Of a stretch of 64,000 nt of DNA, positions 31,429 to 41,409 are shown piece after piece. This DNA is from an uncultured Planctomycetales bacterium (GTDB lineage Bacteria > Omnitrophota > Gorgyraeia > Gygaellales > Profunditerraquicolaceae), in contig CAZRVK010000004.1 in the NCBI GenBank assembly GCA_964603585.1, positions 64,438 through 128,437 of the forward strand, written 5' to 3'. The position numbers and the translations under genes are program-made. Numbering within the stretch: position 1 is the first letter of the stretch; the number at the start of each line of letters is the position of its first letter. Under the pieces are notes generated by a model. That model searched no databases and had not been told where the DNA came from. It saw only the letters and a program-made list of their open reading frames with translations.

Positions 31429-33072
31429 ATGAGTAAATTGGCTAATATTACTGTTTTGCGGTATCTTCATGATAAACTGGTTTATCCTTTCTACCTGCTC
31501 CGCAATAAGAAGATATTCTCGAATTTGCGAAAGTCGGTTAAAATTGATAATAAAATTGTGCTTTTTCTTACGGTCAGGACGTTTGTTGCAAATCCACAGA
31601 CATATTTAGAGGCTACTTTGGCCCATGCCTTGGAGGCTTCGGGGCTAAGAGTTTTGATGCTGTATTGCGACAGCGTGCTTTGCTCTTGTGATGCGGATAC
31701 GCATATTGATTTAAAGAAACGCCGAATTTTATGCAATCGTTGTAAAAATAACCGGAAACAATTGATTGAATCTTTATGTCTTGAATATTGTTCATACCGT
31801 CAATTCTTAACCAAAGATATTTTAAAGAAAATTGATGATCTTTTAAATTCCACTTCCCATGGTATTGAAGATTTAAGAAATCTTACGCTTTATGGAGTTA
31901 ATGTCGGTGAACATGCTGTAACATCGGTTGTTCGGTATTTTCTTACGCATTCATTTAATGACAATGACCCCAGGCATCTCAAGGTTTTTAAGGAGAAACT
32001 TTATACGGCTTGTGCGTCAGTTGAATTGGCTAATCAGCTTTATGCGGCATATGGGAGTAAAATCGGGCATGTGATTATGGTTCATGGTGTATATTCGACC
32101 TGGGGGCCTTTCTATGACTATTTCAAATCAAGGGGTATCGATTCAGTGATCTATTCCCTGGGGATAATTCATCCTGGTTCCATGGCATTCCACCGGAATG
32201 GAAGGGAATGGGAACGCTTTTATCCGGATACCTGGAAGAAATTAAAGCTTCGCGATTTAACCTCGGAAGAGTTGAAGGATGTGGATGACTATATAAATAA
32301 CCGTTTTTTCAATAACCTCGGGATCGATCTGATGCTATATAATCAAGTTGCAACGGGTGAGAAAAAGAAGGTTTTAGATAATCTAAACCGAAAAACCTAT
32401 AGTAATCGGTATGTGTTTTATACGCATATGATCTGGGATTCTGTCCTTGAGAATCAATCCCGGGCGTTTAACGGTTTTATCGATATGTTCAATAAAACTG
32501 TTGAGTATTTTCTCAGAAATCCACAAAAACAATTGGTTATTAAAGTGCATCCCGCGGAACTGGTTTGGGAAAAAGGATCTTATAGTATGTTAGATTATAT
32601 ACGGGATAATTTCCCGGAATTGACAGATAATATATATGTTTTGCCTCCTTCTACCCCTGTAAGTTCATACGAAATATTGAATAAGGAAACTGTTGGACTG
32701 ACTTATGTGGGGTCTATCGGTTATGAATTATCAGCTATTGGTGTGCCGGTTTTAGTCGGAGGATCTATCCATTATCAAAACGAAGGCGGGGTAGGAGTGG
32801 GGATTGAGTCACTGGCGCATTACTATGCTTTACTGGATGATCCGAAAGAGGCTTTTGAAATTAGCAGGAAGAATATAGGGTTGGCGAAGAAATGGTGCTA
32901 TTATTTCTACTACATGCTTCATTTTGATTTCCCGGTTTCTGCCAGTGATTGTTATGCCAAAATTGACTGGAAACAGATGGGTAAGTTGCGCACAATGCTT
33001 GCCGATAAGGAGTCATCTTTAAATAAAATTTGCCGAAAGATAAAAGAAAAAACCGATATTGTAAATGATTAA
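31429..33072 (+). CDS. Putative GT-B glycosyltransferase with an HP motif (capsule-biosynthesis/sialyltransferase-like); function unresolved
   Basis: QLVIKVHPAE..., similar to the HP motif of bacterial sialyl/Kdo transferases. No other diagnostic motif. Sits between the NulO modules and the glycosyltransferases. Confidence 0.3.
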   Translation: MSKLANITVLRYLHDKLVYPFYLLRNKKIFSNLRKSVKIDNKIVLFLTVRTFVANPQTYLEATLAHALEASGLRVLMLYCDSVLCSCDADTHIDLKKRRILCNRCKNNRKQLIESLCLEYCSYRQFLTKDILKKIDDLLNSTSHGIEDLRNLTLYGVNVGEHAVTSVVRYFLTHSFNDNDPRHLKVFKEKLYTACASVELANQLYAAYGSKIGHVIMVHGVYSTWGPFYDYFKSRGIDSVIYSLGIIHPGSMAFHRNGREWERFYPDTWKKLKLRDLTSEELKDVDDYINNRFFNNLGIDLMLYNQVATGEKKKVLDNLNRKTYSNRYVFYTHMIWDSVLENQSRAFNGFIDMFNKTVEYFLRNPQKQLVIKVHPAELVWEKGSYSMLDYIRDNFPELTDNIYVLPPSTPVSSYEILNKETVGLTYVGSIGYELSAIGVPVLVGGSIHYQNEGGVGVGIESLAHYYALLDDPKEAFEISRKNIGLAKKWCYYFYYMLHFDFPVSASDCYAKIDWKQMGKLRTMLADKESSLNKICRKIKEKTDIVND

Positions 33073-33089
33073 ATTACCGAGGATCCCTA

Positions 33090-34286
33090 ATGAAATTCTA
33101 CTGTATAGCAGGTGAGCCTAGCTCTTTTATGACAATGGCCAATATGGCTCATTTGCTCAAGAAACTTAGCCCCGAATATACTGTTGAGGCAATTATCCCA
33201 CGGCATGATTTTTTGATGAAAATGTCCGTCGAGGAGTTTTTAAATGAATTTGACCGGGTATGGTATCTCCCCTTGTGTGATTTTCAGCGTAATGTATTCA
33301 AGGGATTACGTCGCGGCCGGGCATTTAAACGCGGATTAAAGAACATCGTGTTCGACAAGAACTCAATTGTTTTTGCGTTTATCAGTATGGAAATGAGCTT
33401 GAACCTGGCGATCAAGTTCGTAAGCGACAATCATAAGACGATTAAGATAGTGTTTTTAAGTTATACCGACAATCAAATTGAAATTACGAGTTTTGGAGGA
33501 AGATTAAGCATACTAATGACTGCGCTTAATTTATTTTATGCGTTGATCCTTAGATGTGCTCCCATGAAAAGTTATGTCGCATCAAACGGCCAGTTAATGT
33601 ATCGGGAATATTTTAAGCAACCTGCGTTTACCCGCATGGTATTATTACCGAACCAGGAAAACCCTGCCAGAGAGCCGAAAATGTATCAAGAGGGTGATGT
33701 CGTTTTGCCGTATCCGGCTGTGATAAGGGACAGTGCACTTAATAACATCAAGATGGATAAATTTGTAGTTTTCTTTGGGGATGCCAATATGACAGATTTT
33801 TATACGCAGTTAGACCGGGATTTTCTTTTTTCTCGTACTTTTGAATACATACGTGCTATCCATGATTATTATCGCCGCAAGGATATAACCGTTTATTATA
33901 AACCTCATCCGTTTGATGGGGATAAAATTATGCCTGGATGTGAATCGGTGAAACTCCCGATCTTTTCGGAAAAGATTAATGCGGAAATGCTTTTCTCAAA
34001 ATATCACTCCAGTATTGTTGCCGTATATACAGTTTCTTCACATTCGGTACTTTTTGGAGCTAAAAACGGAATCCCGGGATACTGGGCTCATGAGATTTGT
34101 TTTAGCGACGAGAGATTGAAATGCTCTTTTCGCAAATTCAACTTGGATAATACAGCCAATTTATTTAAAAGTCTTACTTGTTTTGGGGAAATCGGTACGA
34201 TTGATGGTAATAAAATTAATGTGGATATGGCTAAGTTGATGGAAAATTGGAAAAAGGGGATAAGTGTTTTACTCAAAAATACTTGA
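33090..34286 (+). CDS. Putative GT-B glycosyltransferase with an HP motif, paralog-like to the previous gene
   Basis: ITVYYKPHPFDGDK followed by VYTVSSHSVLFGAKNGIP. Confidence 0.3.
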   Translation: MKFYCIAGEPSSFMTMANMAHLLKKLSPEYTVEAIIPRHDFLMKMSVEEFLNEFDRVWYLPLCDFQRNVFKGLRRGRAFKRGLKNIVFDKNSIVFAFISMEMSLNLAIKFVSDNHKTIKIVFLSYTDNQIEITSFGGRLSILMTALNLFYALILRCAPMKSYVASNGQLMYREYFKQPAFTRMVLLPNQENPAREPKMYQEGDVVLPYPAVIRDSALNNIKMDKFVVFFGDANMTDFYTQLDRDFLFSRTFEYIRAIHDYYRRKDITVYYKPHPFDGDKIMPGCESVKLPIFSEKINAEMLFSKYHSSIVAVYTVSSHSVLFGAKNGIPGYWAHEICFSDERLKCSFRKFNLDNTANLFKSLTCFGEIGTIDGNKINVDMAKLMENWKKGISVLLKNT

Positions 34287-34301
34287 AGGGATTTTTTAAA
34301 A

Positions 34302-35852
34302 ATGGAACGGAAAGAAATCCTGCTTGTTAACGCAGTTAATCCCGGTGGACGGATCCAGGTCCCGGTAGGGTTAGTTTACCTTGCCAGCAATCTAAAGCGG
34401 CATGGCTATGACTGTGAGGTTTTTCATGTTATTGATTCATGTACGTTAGGTATCTGCCGGAATAAAATACTTTCTAATCGTTACCTTTTTGTTGGTTTTT
34501 CTTTTTGGATGGGGCCATCGGCTTTAGATCTTTTGACCCTTGCGGAAGCCGCTAAATCCCGGGGAATCCCAACGGTAGTGGGTGGTAAGTTTATCAGTAG
34601 TTTAAAAGCGGATGCAATGAAGGAAAATTCTATCGATATCGCAGGGATCGGGTATTGTGAAGATACGATTGTGCAGATCGCGGCGGCCTTATCGAACAAG
34701 GAAAAGCTTTCGAATATCCCGGGGATCATTTATCGTGATGATTCCAAAGGGATAATTACTGCGGCACAAAGAATTTGCACGGACAAGGATCTTGACCGGT
34801 TTGATTACGATCTTAGTTTTATAAAGGATTGGAGCCTGTATCTGCAAAGGGATCATAGCGGTCTGGTCCTTTTGGACCCTCTTGAAACACAGCGGGGGTG
34901 TTTATTTAATTGCAGTTTTTGTTTCCATAGCAAGGATGCGATTTACCGTGACGAAAACGGTAAAAAAAGTGTTTTGACGCATTCTGTGGATTATGTGATC
35001 GATAAGGCAAAGTATTTAAAGAGAATAACTGGTGTTAATAAGATCACTTTTTGTGATGATGAGTTCTGGATCGATGGCAAGCGTTCGCTTATGATCATGG
35101 AAAAGTTGAAACAAATAGGGATCGAGCTTCTATATATGCGTATCAGATTTTCGAGTATCGATAAGGATATGCTGAAAGAATTGAAGAGATTGAATGTCAA
35201 TTCGGTTGCCTGCGGGCTGGAATCCGGATCAAAACGCATCTTCAAATTAATGAATAAAGGGCAATCCTTCGAGACTATAGAAAAGAAACTAAAGACTTTA
35301 AACGATGAGAAAATGAAGGTAAATACTTCGATTATTCTGGGTAATCCGACCGAAACAAAGATGGAAGTGATTGAGAGTGTGAGGTATGCGCTTAGTTTAC
35401 GTAAAATTAATCCGAGTTTAAATATCGTTGCCTTTGTTTATGCTGCCTTGCCGGCAACGGTTTTTGGAGAATTAGCGGAACAGGAAGGATTCAGGAAACC
35501 AGACAGCATTAAGGGGTGGGTCATTGCCAGTGCCGAAAATCATGAAATCCTTCAGCAATGGTTGCCTTGGTATAATGAGAAAGAAAAGAAATTCATGAAA
35601 AGGCGGGATGATTATTTCAGTATCAATTCTTCCCTGGTAGAGATCTTGTATGGTTACCGGAAGCGGCCAGCCTATATGCGCCTGCTTACGCCTGTGTTTT
35701 ATTTGTTCGAACGAATAACATTTTATAGGCTATATTATTGGAATTTTTCCTTTCCTTTCGATGCGAAATTGTTTTTGCTGGCATCTTTGATTTTCCGCCG
35801 TTTACGCCTGCATTGGATGAGAGGAAAGTCTTCAATTCACAAACCGAGATGA
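34302..35852 (+). CDS. B12-binding-domain radical SAM enzyme, copy 3
   Basis: N-terminal B12-like domain (EILLVNAVNPGG..VGGKFISS) and TQRGCLFNCSFCFH. Confidence 0.7.
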   Translation: MERKEILLVNAVNPGGRIQVPVGLVYLASNLKRHGYDCEVFHVIDSCTLGICRNKILSNRYLFVGFSFWMGPSALDLLTLAEAAKSRGIPTVVGGKFISSLKADAMKENSIDIAGIGYCEDTIVQIAAALSNKEKLSNIPGIIYRDDSKGIITAAQRICTDKDLDRFDYDLSFIKDWSLYLQRDHSGLVLLDPLETQRGCLFNCSFCFHSKDAIYRDENGKKSVLTHSVDYVIDKAKYLKRITGVNKITFCDDEFWIDGKRSLMIMEKLKQIGIELLYMRIRFSSIDKDMLKELKRLNVNSVACGLESGSKRIFKLMNKGQSFETIEKKLKTLNDEKMKVNTSIILGNPTETKMEVIESVRYALSLRKINPSLNIVAFVYAALPATVFGELAEQEGFRKPDSIKGWVIASAENHEILQQWLPWYNEKEKKFMKRRDDYFSINSSLVEILYGYRKRPAYMRLLTPVFYLFERITFYRLYYWNFSFPFDAKLFLLASLIFRRLRLHWMRGKSSIHKPR

Positions 35853-36772
35853 ATAGACGATTAAAAGAGCATTTAAAGCTGCTCTTTAGGAAAATATTTG
35901 AGGCAGGGCAGAATATTAATATGAATATTCTGCCCTGCCATTGGTATTCCGAGGTCCCTTATATTAAAGATCTTCGTTCTAACGATTATTGGAAAAGTCC
36001 ATATAGCATGTTTGGGATTCATGGTATTGATATAGCCGATCAGCTTGCTTTCCTGGGAAAATGTTGTAAAGATGAATTGATAGACAGGCAGAAAAAACAG
36101 GATATTTATGCTAAGGCATGCCGGTTTAACGGAGAAACAGGTTTTGGGCCTATCGAGGGGGATTTTTTATATTGTTTCATACGTACAGTAATGCCGTTAA
36201 AGATCGTGCAGGTAGGTTGTGGAGTTTCTACCGCAGTCATGCTGCTGGCGGCAGAAGAGGCAGGGTATTCTCCGGAGATAATTTGCATTGATCCTTATCC
36301 TACACGTTTTTTAATCCAAATGCATAATTCCGGGAAAATTAAGCTTGTGCAGGAAAAGGCGCAATTAGTGCCAATCGAGTTATTACTGGATATGGGCACT
36401 AATGGGTTCTTGTTTATTGATTCTACCCATACTGTCAAGCCCGGGAGCGAGGTAAATCGTTTAATTTTAGAGGTTTTACCAAGATTAGCAAAAGGTATCT
36501 GGGTGCATTTTCATGATATCTATTTCCCTTATGATTATTCTAGGAATATTTTGACCAAAGACTTATTTTTTACGAATGAAAGCGTTTTGCTGCATAGCTT
36601 CCTCATAAATAACCGTCAGTTCTCGCTGATGTTGAGCTTGAGTATGCTGCATTATTCGGTCCCAGAAAAGGTGAAGGAATTTCTTCCTAATTACGATCCA
36701 GAGAAGAATGAATGCGGCCTTGCTCTTTCTAAAGGGCATTTTCCTTCTTCGCTATATTTAAAATCGATGTGA
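35849..36772 (+). CDS. Class I SAM-dependent methyltransferase (Methyltransf_24/CmcI-like)
   Basis: IVQVGCGVSTAVML and FLFIDSTHTVKPGSE. The track ORF begins at 35738 and overlaps the upstream gene; the ATG at 35849 (ATGA overlap with the upstream stop) is preferred. Confidence 0.45.
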   Translation: MNRRLKEHLKLLFRKIFEAGQNINMNILPCHWYSEVPYIKDLRSNDYWKSPYSMFGIHGIDIADQLAFLGKCCKDELIDRQKKQDIYAKACRFNGETGFGPIEGDFLYCFIRTVMPLKIVQVGCGVSTAVMLLAAEEAGYSPEIICIDPYPTRFLIQMHNSGKIKLVQEKAQLVPIELLLDMGTNGFLFIDSTHTVKPGSEVNRLILEVLPRLAKGIWVHFHDIYFPYDYSRNILTKDLFFTNESVLLHSFLINNRQFSLMLSLSMLHYSVPEKVKEFLPNYDPEKNECGLALSKGHFPSSLYLKSM

Positions 36773-36782
36773 ACGTCCGAAA

Positions 36783-37685
36783 ATGAATAAATTCTCAAAT
36801 AAAAATATACGAAATTTTGTGTCGGATCTGGAGTTATCCGGATCTGTTATTTTAAAACAGGATGTTGTTTGGCCGCGAATTTCTATTGTTACCCCTTCTA
36901 TGAACCAGGCTAAGTTCTTAGAACGGACGATTTTAAGTGTCCTGAACCAAAATTACCCCAACTTGGAATATATCATAATAGATGGGGGTTCAACTGATGG
37001 CAGTCTGGAAATAATACGAAAATATGAGAGATATCTGTCTTATTGGGTAAGTGAGCCGGATAATGGCCAAGCTCATGCAATCAATAAAGGATTTAAGAAT
37101 AGTACTGGAGACATTCAGGCCTGGCTTTGTTCGGATGACCTGTATTTGCCGGGATCCTTGCTTAAAGTCGGCCGCATATATGCGCATAAAACGGCGGATC
37201 TTATCTATGGTAATTTTTATTTAATTGACCAGTGGGATAAAATCATTGATGAGTACCGGCATGTTCAATATTCGCGGTTATTCTCGAAATCCGCAATTAT
37301 CCATGGCTTGTTCAGTATTGCCCAACCAGCAATGTTTTGGAGCAAAAAACTGTTTTTAAAGGTTGGCGGAATCGATGAGAAATTTTGTAATGTCCTTGAT
37401 AATGATTTGATAATAAAATTTTTACTATCGAATCCAATTGTAATCCATTCTCGCCAGTTTTTTGCGTGTGAACGCATACATCCGGGACGTAAGACTGAAA
37501 GGCTAAAGCATATTGCGGTTTCGGAAATTGAATCGGTTAGAAAGGTATATGCCGTGGGGGTAAAAACAGGATTCTCTCTTAGATCATCGGTTTATTTGCT
37601 AAAGCTGTTTTTGTTTCTCAAACAAGGTGATCTTTTTTGGTTGCTAAGCCGTATCCTCCGGCGTGTTTGTTCCAAGAAAACTTAA
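36783..37685 (+). CDS. Family 2 glycosyltransferase
   Basis: RISIVTPSMNQAKFLERTILSVLNQNYPNLEYIIIDGGSTDGS, then a DxD-like CSDD. Confidence 0.8.
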   Translation: MNKFSNKNIRNFVSDLELSGSVILKQDVVWPRISIVTPSMNQAKFLERTILSVLNQNYPNLEYIIIDGGSTDGSLEIIRKYERYLSYWVSEPDNGQAHAINKGFKNSTGDIQAWLCSDDLYLPGSLLKVGRIYAHKTADLIYGNFYLIDQWDKIIDEYRHVQYSRLFSKSAIIHGLFSIAQPAMFWSKKLFLKVGGIDEKFCNVLDNDLIIKFLLSNPIVIHSRQFFACERIHPGRKTERLKHIAVSEIESVRKVYAVGVKTGFSLRSSVYLLKLFLFLKQGDLFWLLSRILRRVCSKKT

Positions 37686-37717
37686 CTTAATGCGTGTGAT
37701 CACGCGATTATATAATT

Positions 37718-39028
37718 ATGCCAAATCGCATATCTCTGAATAAAAGATGGCTTGAACTATTCCCCGTTTCTCTGATAGTTGCTGCTTTTGGACCTTATAT
37801 ATTCCCGGGATATGGTATCCGATTTGAACATATCTGGATTTATTCTTTGCTATTGTTTATTTTCCCTTTATTCATTTTAGACCAACGGTCGATGTTATGG
37901 CCTTCGGCTTTATTGAAAATCCTTATACTGTTGTTTGGGATCACGTTTTGGACTTTAGGTGCTTCTTTTTTCGGCGGATACCCAAGAGAGTCTTTCTTGA
38001 AGTATGTTTCCTCAATAGAAAATTATATCCAGCCAGCGGCAATCATCATTTTGATGGCCGCATTGGCAAAATATCAGGGATACGAATATTTTTTTCATTG
38101 TTTGCGCCGGTTGTGCATAGTCCTTATATCGCTGCTTTGTCTGAATTCTATTATTGCGGTACTTTCCATCTTTTTAAGTGTAGAGAATGTCATGCGCCCG
38201 TTTGTCGAAAGCTGTTTTGGCGGAAAATCGGTTTGGGAGCTTGCTTTTTCGATGGGGAGGTATTCGGGGATTTTTAATCAGCCTGTTGAAAGCGGATTGA
38301 TGTATTCTTTAGGCCTTCTTGCCTGGGGTTATCTTAACCGTATTTCAAAACAAACCGGCTTTTGGGAATATATTATACTGTTTTTTTTGCTCATTGGCGG
38401 AGCCTTATCTGTTTCTAAAGTGTTAATCTTTGGAGGGATCCCTTTACTGATCATTTATTGGAACCCGTTCTTAGATTTTCGTAAGAACTTTAATGTTCAG
38501 TTTATTCTGGCTGCAATTGTCGCCTGGGCAGGGATACTCTATATTACCCATTTCTGGGATGGTTTGAGTTTCTTGACCATGTTTTTTACGGTAAAGGGAA
38601 ATACTAATTTGCTGGAACTCTATACTGCGGGTAGATTTGGGGCCGAATACAGTACCATGATATCGCATTTTAATGAGGTGTGGCAGAAATCCCCATTATA
38701 TGGTTTTGGTTTCGGGGCTATTTCTTGTTTTGATAACGCTTATTTGGAGTTCTTTTTACAAGGAGGTTTAGTTGCTTTGACCGGATATTTGACTTTACTT
38801 GTGGTATATTTTCGTTATAGTTTAAGTGCGTTTAGAAAAGGGTATGAGGAAGGCAGATTATTATTAGGAATGTTTGTTTTGGTAATGGGGGGAAGTTTAG
38901 GTGCTCCGGTTTTGACGATAAACCGTTTTTCAACGGTTTTTTGGGTGTTTAGTGCGGTTCTTATGTTTATGTCGCAAGCACATTTAAGGATGAGCACAAT
39001 AGACCGGCCTTCATCTGAAGGATATTGA
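37718..39028 (+). CDS. Wzy-like polysaccharide polymerase / O-antigen-polymerase-family integral membrane protein
   Basis: About 10-11 TM helices with a large loop near the C-terminus. No soluble catalytic motif. Confidence 0.4.
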   Translation: MPNRISLNKRWLELFPVSLIVAAFGPYIFPGYGIRFEHIWIYSLLLFIFPLFILDQRSMLWPSALLKILILLFGITFWTLGASFFGGYPRESFLKYVSSIENYIQPAAIIILMAALAKYQGYEYFFHCLRRLCIVLISLLCLNSIIAVLSIFLSVENVMRPFVESCFGGKSVWELAFSMGRYSGIFNQPVESGLMYSLGLLAWGYLNRISKQTGFWEYIILFFLLIGGALSVSKVLIFGGIPLLIIYWNPFLDFRKNFNVQFILAAIVAWAGILYITHFWDGLSFLTMFFTVKGNTNLLELYTAGRFGAEYSTMISHFNEVWQKSPLYGFGFGAISCFDNAYLEFFLQGGLVALTGYLTLLVVYFRYSLSAFRKGYEEGRLLLGMFVLVMGGSLGAPVLTINRFSTVFWVFSAVLMFMSQAHLRMSTIDRPSSEGY

Positions 39029-39030
39029 AC

Positions 39031-40215
39031 ATGCAGTATCCCAGGCTTAAGATTCTTGTATTTGTTGGATATTATATTCCAGGATATAAAGGGGGAGGGC
39101 CATTACGTGCCTTAGTTAATATGGTTGCTAAAATTGGGGGTGAATTTGATTTTAAAATTTTTACCTCTGATAGGGATTTACAGGAAAAACACCCTTATCC
39201 TGGGGTTTGCATTGATAATTGGAATAAAGTTGGTCAATCACGGGTTTTTTATAGCTCGTTGAAATCACGTTCATTTCGTGGGATCAGAAAGATCCTATTT
39301 TTTGCTCATCCGGATATACTTTATTTAAACAGTTTTTTCTCACCCGATTTTACCATCAAGCCTTTATTGCTTAGAAGATTGCGCCTGATTCCCAGGATGC
39401 CGGTAATTATGGCAGTCAGAGGGGAGTTTTCTCCAGCTGCGCTTTCCATAAAATGGCTTAAGAAAATGGTATATATTCTAATCTCAAAGGTCCTTGGCTT
39501 ATACGATGGGGTTATCTGGCAGGCATCGAGTGGGTATGAAGAAAAATATATCCGTCGCTGGTTTGGAAAGAAAGTCGCGGTCGAGATAGTTGCAGATTTA
39601 CCTCCGTCTCTGTCATTTTTATCCATTGATCCAGCGTTAAAACATAAAAAGGCCGAAAATTCCCTAAAAATGGTTTTTTTGTCCCGAATTTCTCGAATGA
39701 AGAATTTAGATGGTGCCTTAAAGATCTTGCACGGAGTAAAAGGCCAGATCTATTTTAATATATACGGGCCGGTTGAAGATAATAGATATTGGATGGAATG
39801 CCTTAAGATTATCCGCACGTTGCCAAGAAATATTGAAGTTAATTATTGTGGGAATCTTCCGCATGAGCAGGTTTTAGATTTACTTGGAACCCATGATTTG
39901 TTCTTTTTACCCACGTTAGGAGAGAACTTTGGTCATGTTATTATCGAATCATTGTGTGCCGGATGTCCTGTTTTGATCAGTGATAAGACTCCTTGGCGAG
40001 GTTTAGCGAAAAAAGGTGTGGGATGGGATTTGCCGCTTGATCAAATAGGCTTATTCCGGGATATTATTCATCAGTGTATTAATATGGATCATCTGCAGCA
40101 AATGGAATTGTCCGAAAGGGCTAGAGCATACGGTTTAGGAGTTGTTACTGATGAAACCCTGGTTAAAAGAAATCGTTCGCTTTTTTATAACACAATGCAT
40201 ATAATAAGAATGTAA
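39031..40215 (+). CDS. Family 4 (GT-B) glycosyltransferase
   Basis: C-terminal FFLPTLGENFGHVIIESLCAGCPVLISD (the E-x7-E-like GT4 motif). The ATG at 39031 is preferred over the track TTG at 39025. Confidence 0.7.
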   Translation: MQYPRLKILVFVGYYIPGYKGGGPLRALVNMVAKIGGEFDFKIFTSDRDLQEKHPYPGVCIDNWNKVGQSRVFYSSLKSRSFRGIRKILFFAHPDILYLNSFFSPDFTIKPLLLRRLRLIPRMPVIMAVRGEFSPAALSIKWLKKMVYILISKVLGLYDGVIWQASSGYEEKYIRRWFGKKVAVEIVADLPPSLSFLSIDPALKHKKAENSLKMVFLSRISRMKNLDGALKILHGVKGQIYFNIYGPVEDNRYWMECLKIIRTLPRNIEVNYCGNLPHEQVLDLLGTHDLFFLPTLGENFGHVIIESLCAGCPVLISDKTPWRGLAKKGVGWDLPLDQIGLFRDIIHQCINMDHLQQMELSERARAYGLGVVTDETLVKRNRSLFYNTMHIIRM

Positions 40216-40260
40216 TGGTAAAACTTTCGTGCCTATTAGGCGGTTATTCTATACTTATTC

Positions 40261-41409
40261 ATGAAGGTATGTTTCCACATGTTTCCATATGATTTTTTAC
40301 TAAGAAACAAGTCGCGTTATTTTCTAGGATTCCTTTTAGCCGTTTTTTTTCTAATTTCTTTTCTAACCAAATATGCGGATTGGAAAATATATCGCTTAGA
40401 AGTTACTAATTCCGCCACAAATGATGGATTGAAGTATAAAAATATAGCCCAGCAGTTCTTAAGTGGAGAGGAACCTGCTGTTTATCTGAATAATTTCAGT
40501 TTAAGGCCGGCATTCATAATTTATTTAGCCGGTTTAATCGGGGTTTTTGGGTATAATTCTGATTTTATAATTTCCTTTATCAATATTGTTATAATTTCGT
40601 TTTTTTTGACTTTACTGGCATATGTTATTTTCAAAAAATACGGATTAAAAGGCTATTTATTGCCTTTTTCTGCAGCGGTTATACTTATCCTGGGTAATCC
40701 TTTGATATTGTTCTGGGCGCCTTTTATTTTGACTGAAATTCCGGCATTGAGCCTATTGATTTTGGGTTTTTGGATTTATTTCCGGGTGGATAATAAATTG
40801 AAATATTTGTTTTTGGGGATTGTCTATGCTTTGGCTTTTCAGGTAAGGGAAGTATCGGTTATCAATTTTTTGGCATTGCTTATAACCATGCTGATCACAA
40901 AAGAATCAAAATGGAATATTGCAATAACCATTTTTTTCTATTTTGCTGTGATTATTCCCTGGATAGTATATCTTTATGTGCATAACGTGGAATTGCCATT
41001 TTTAAGCCATTTAGGTCGTGCGATATCTGCCAGGGAAATCATTAATCATACTGGGGCAATGCCAGTTTTACCTCGATTCCTGACTAATATAGCAAAGCAT
41101 TACTACTTATATATCAGTGATAGCACTTCAATTGATACCCATGGATATTATTCGATTGCGTATACTTTCTTCATGTATCTTATGGGATGTATAGGATTAA
41201 GGCAACTTTCTTCCGGAACGGACAAAAAAGAATTCTATTTAATAGTTTTATCCTTGTTTTTAACTGCTATTTTCTATGGTTTTGTAGGGGAAAGCCCGTA
41301 TATGAGAGGGCGGGTTTTAGTGGAATATTTGCTAATCTATTCAGGGACAGTTGGTTTGATTTCTCTCTTGGAAGGTTTAAGGCAAAAACGCGGGCAAAAG
41401 CTATGTTAA
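40261..41409 (+). CDS. Polytopic membrane protein, possibly a GT-C-type glycosyltransferase (ArnT/PMT-like topology)
   Basis: About 10 TM helices and an early extracytoplasmic loop with acidic residues (LSGEEPAVYLNNFSLRP). No firm motif. Confidence 0.3.
   Translation: MKVCFHMFPYDFLLRNKSRYFLGFLLAVFFLISFLTKYADWKIYRLEVTNSATNDGLKYKNIAQQFLSGEEPAVYLNNFSLRPAFIIYLAGLIGVFGYNSDFIISFINIVIISFFLTLLAYVIFKKYGLKGYLLPFSAAVILILGNPLILFWAPFILTEIPALSLLILGFWIYFRVDNKLKYLFLGIVYALAFQVREVSVINFLALLITMLITKESKWNIAITIFFYFAVIIPWIVYLYVHNVELPFLSHLGRAISAREIINHTGAMPVLPRFLTNIAKHYYLYISDSTSIDTHGYYSIAYTFFMYLMGCIGLRQLSSGTDKKEFYLIVLSLFLTAIFYGFVGESPYMRGRVLVEYLLIYSGTVGLISLLEGLRQKRGQKLC

Noticed and set aside
31429-34286. Calling the two HP-motif proteins definite sialyltransferases or KpsC/KpsS
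   Set aside because: Only a single short motif supports this, and the D/E-D/E-G motif is not convincingly present. It is kept as a low-confidence feature and a hypothesis.
35738-35848. N-terminal extension of the Methyltransf_24-like gene (track start 35738) and of the fourth B12-radical SAM (track start 41187)
   Set aside because: The extensions overlap the upstream genes by more than 100 nt. Internal ATGs at 35849 and 41403 give classic ATGA/ATGTTAA stop-start overlaps and begin where the homology starts.
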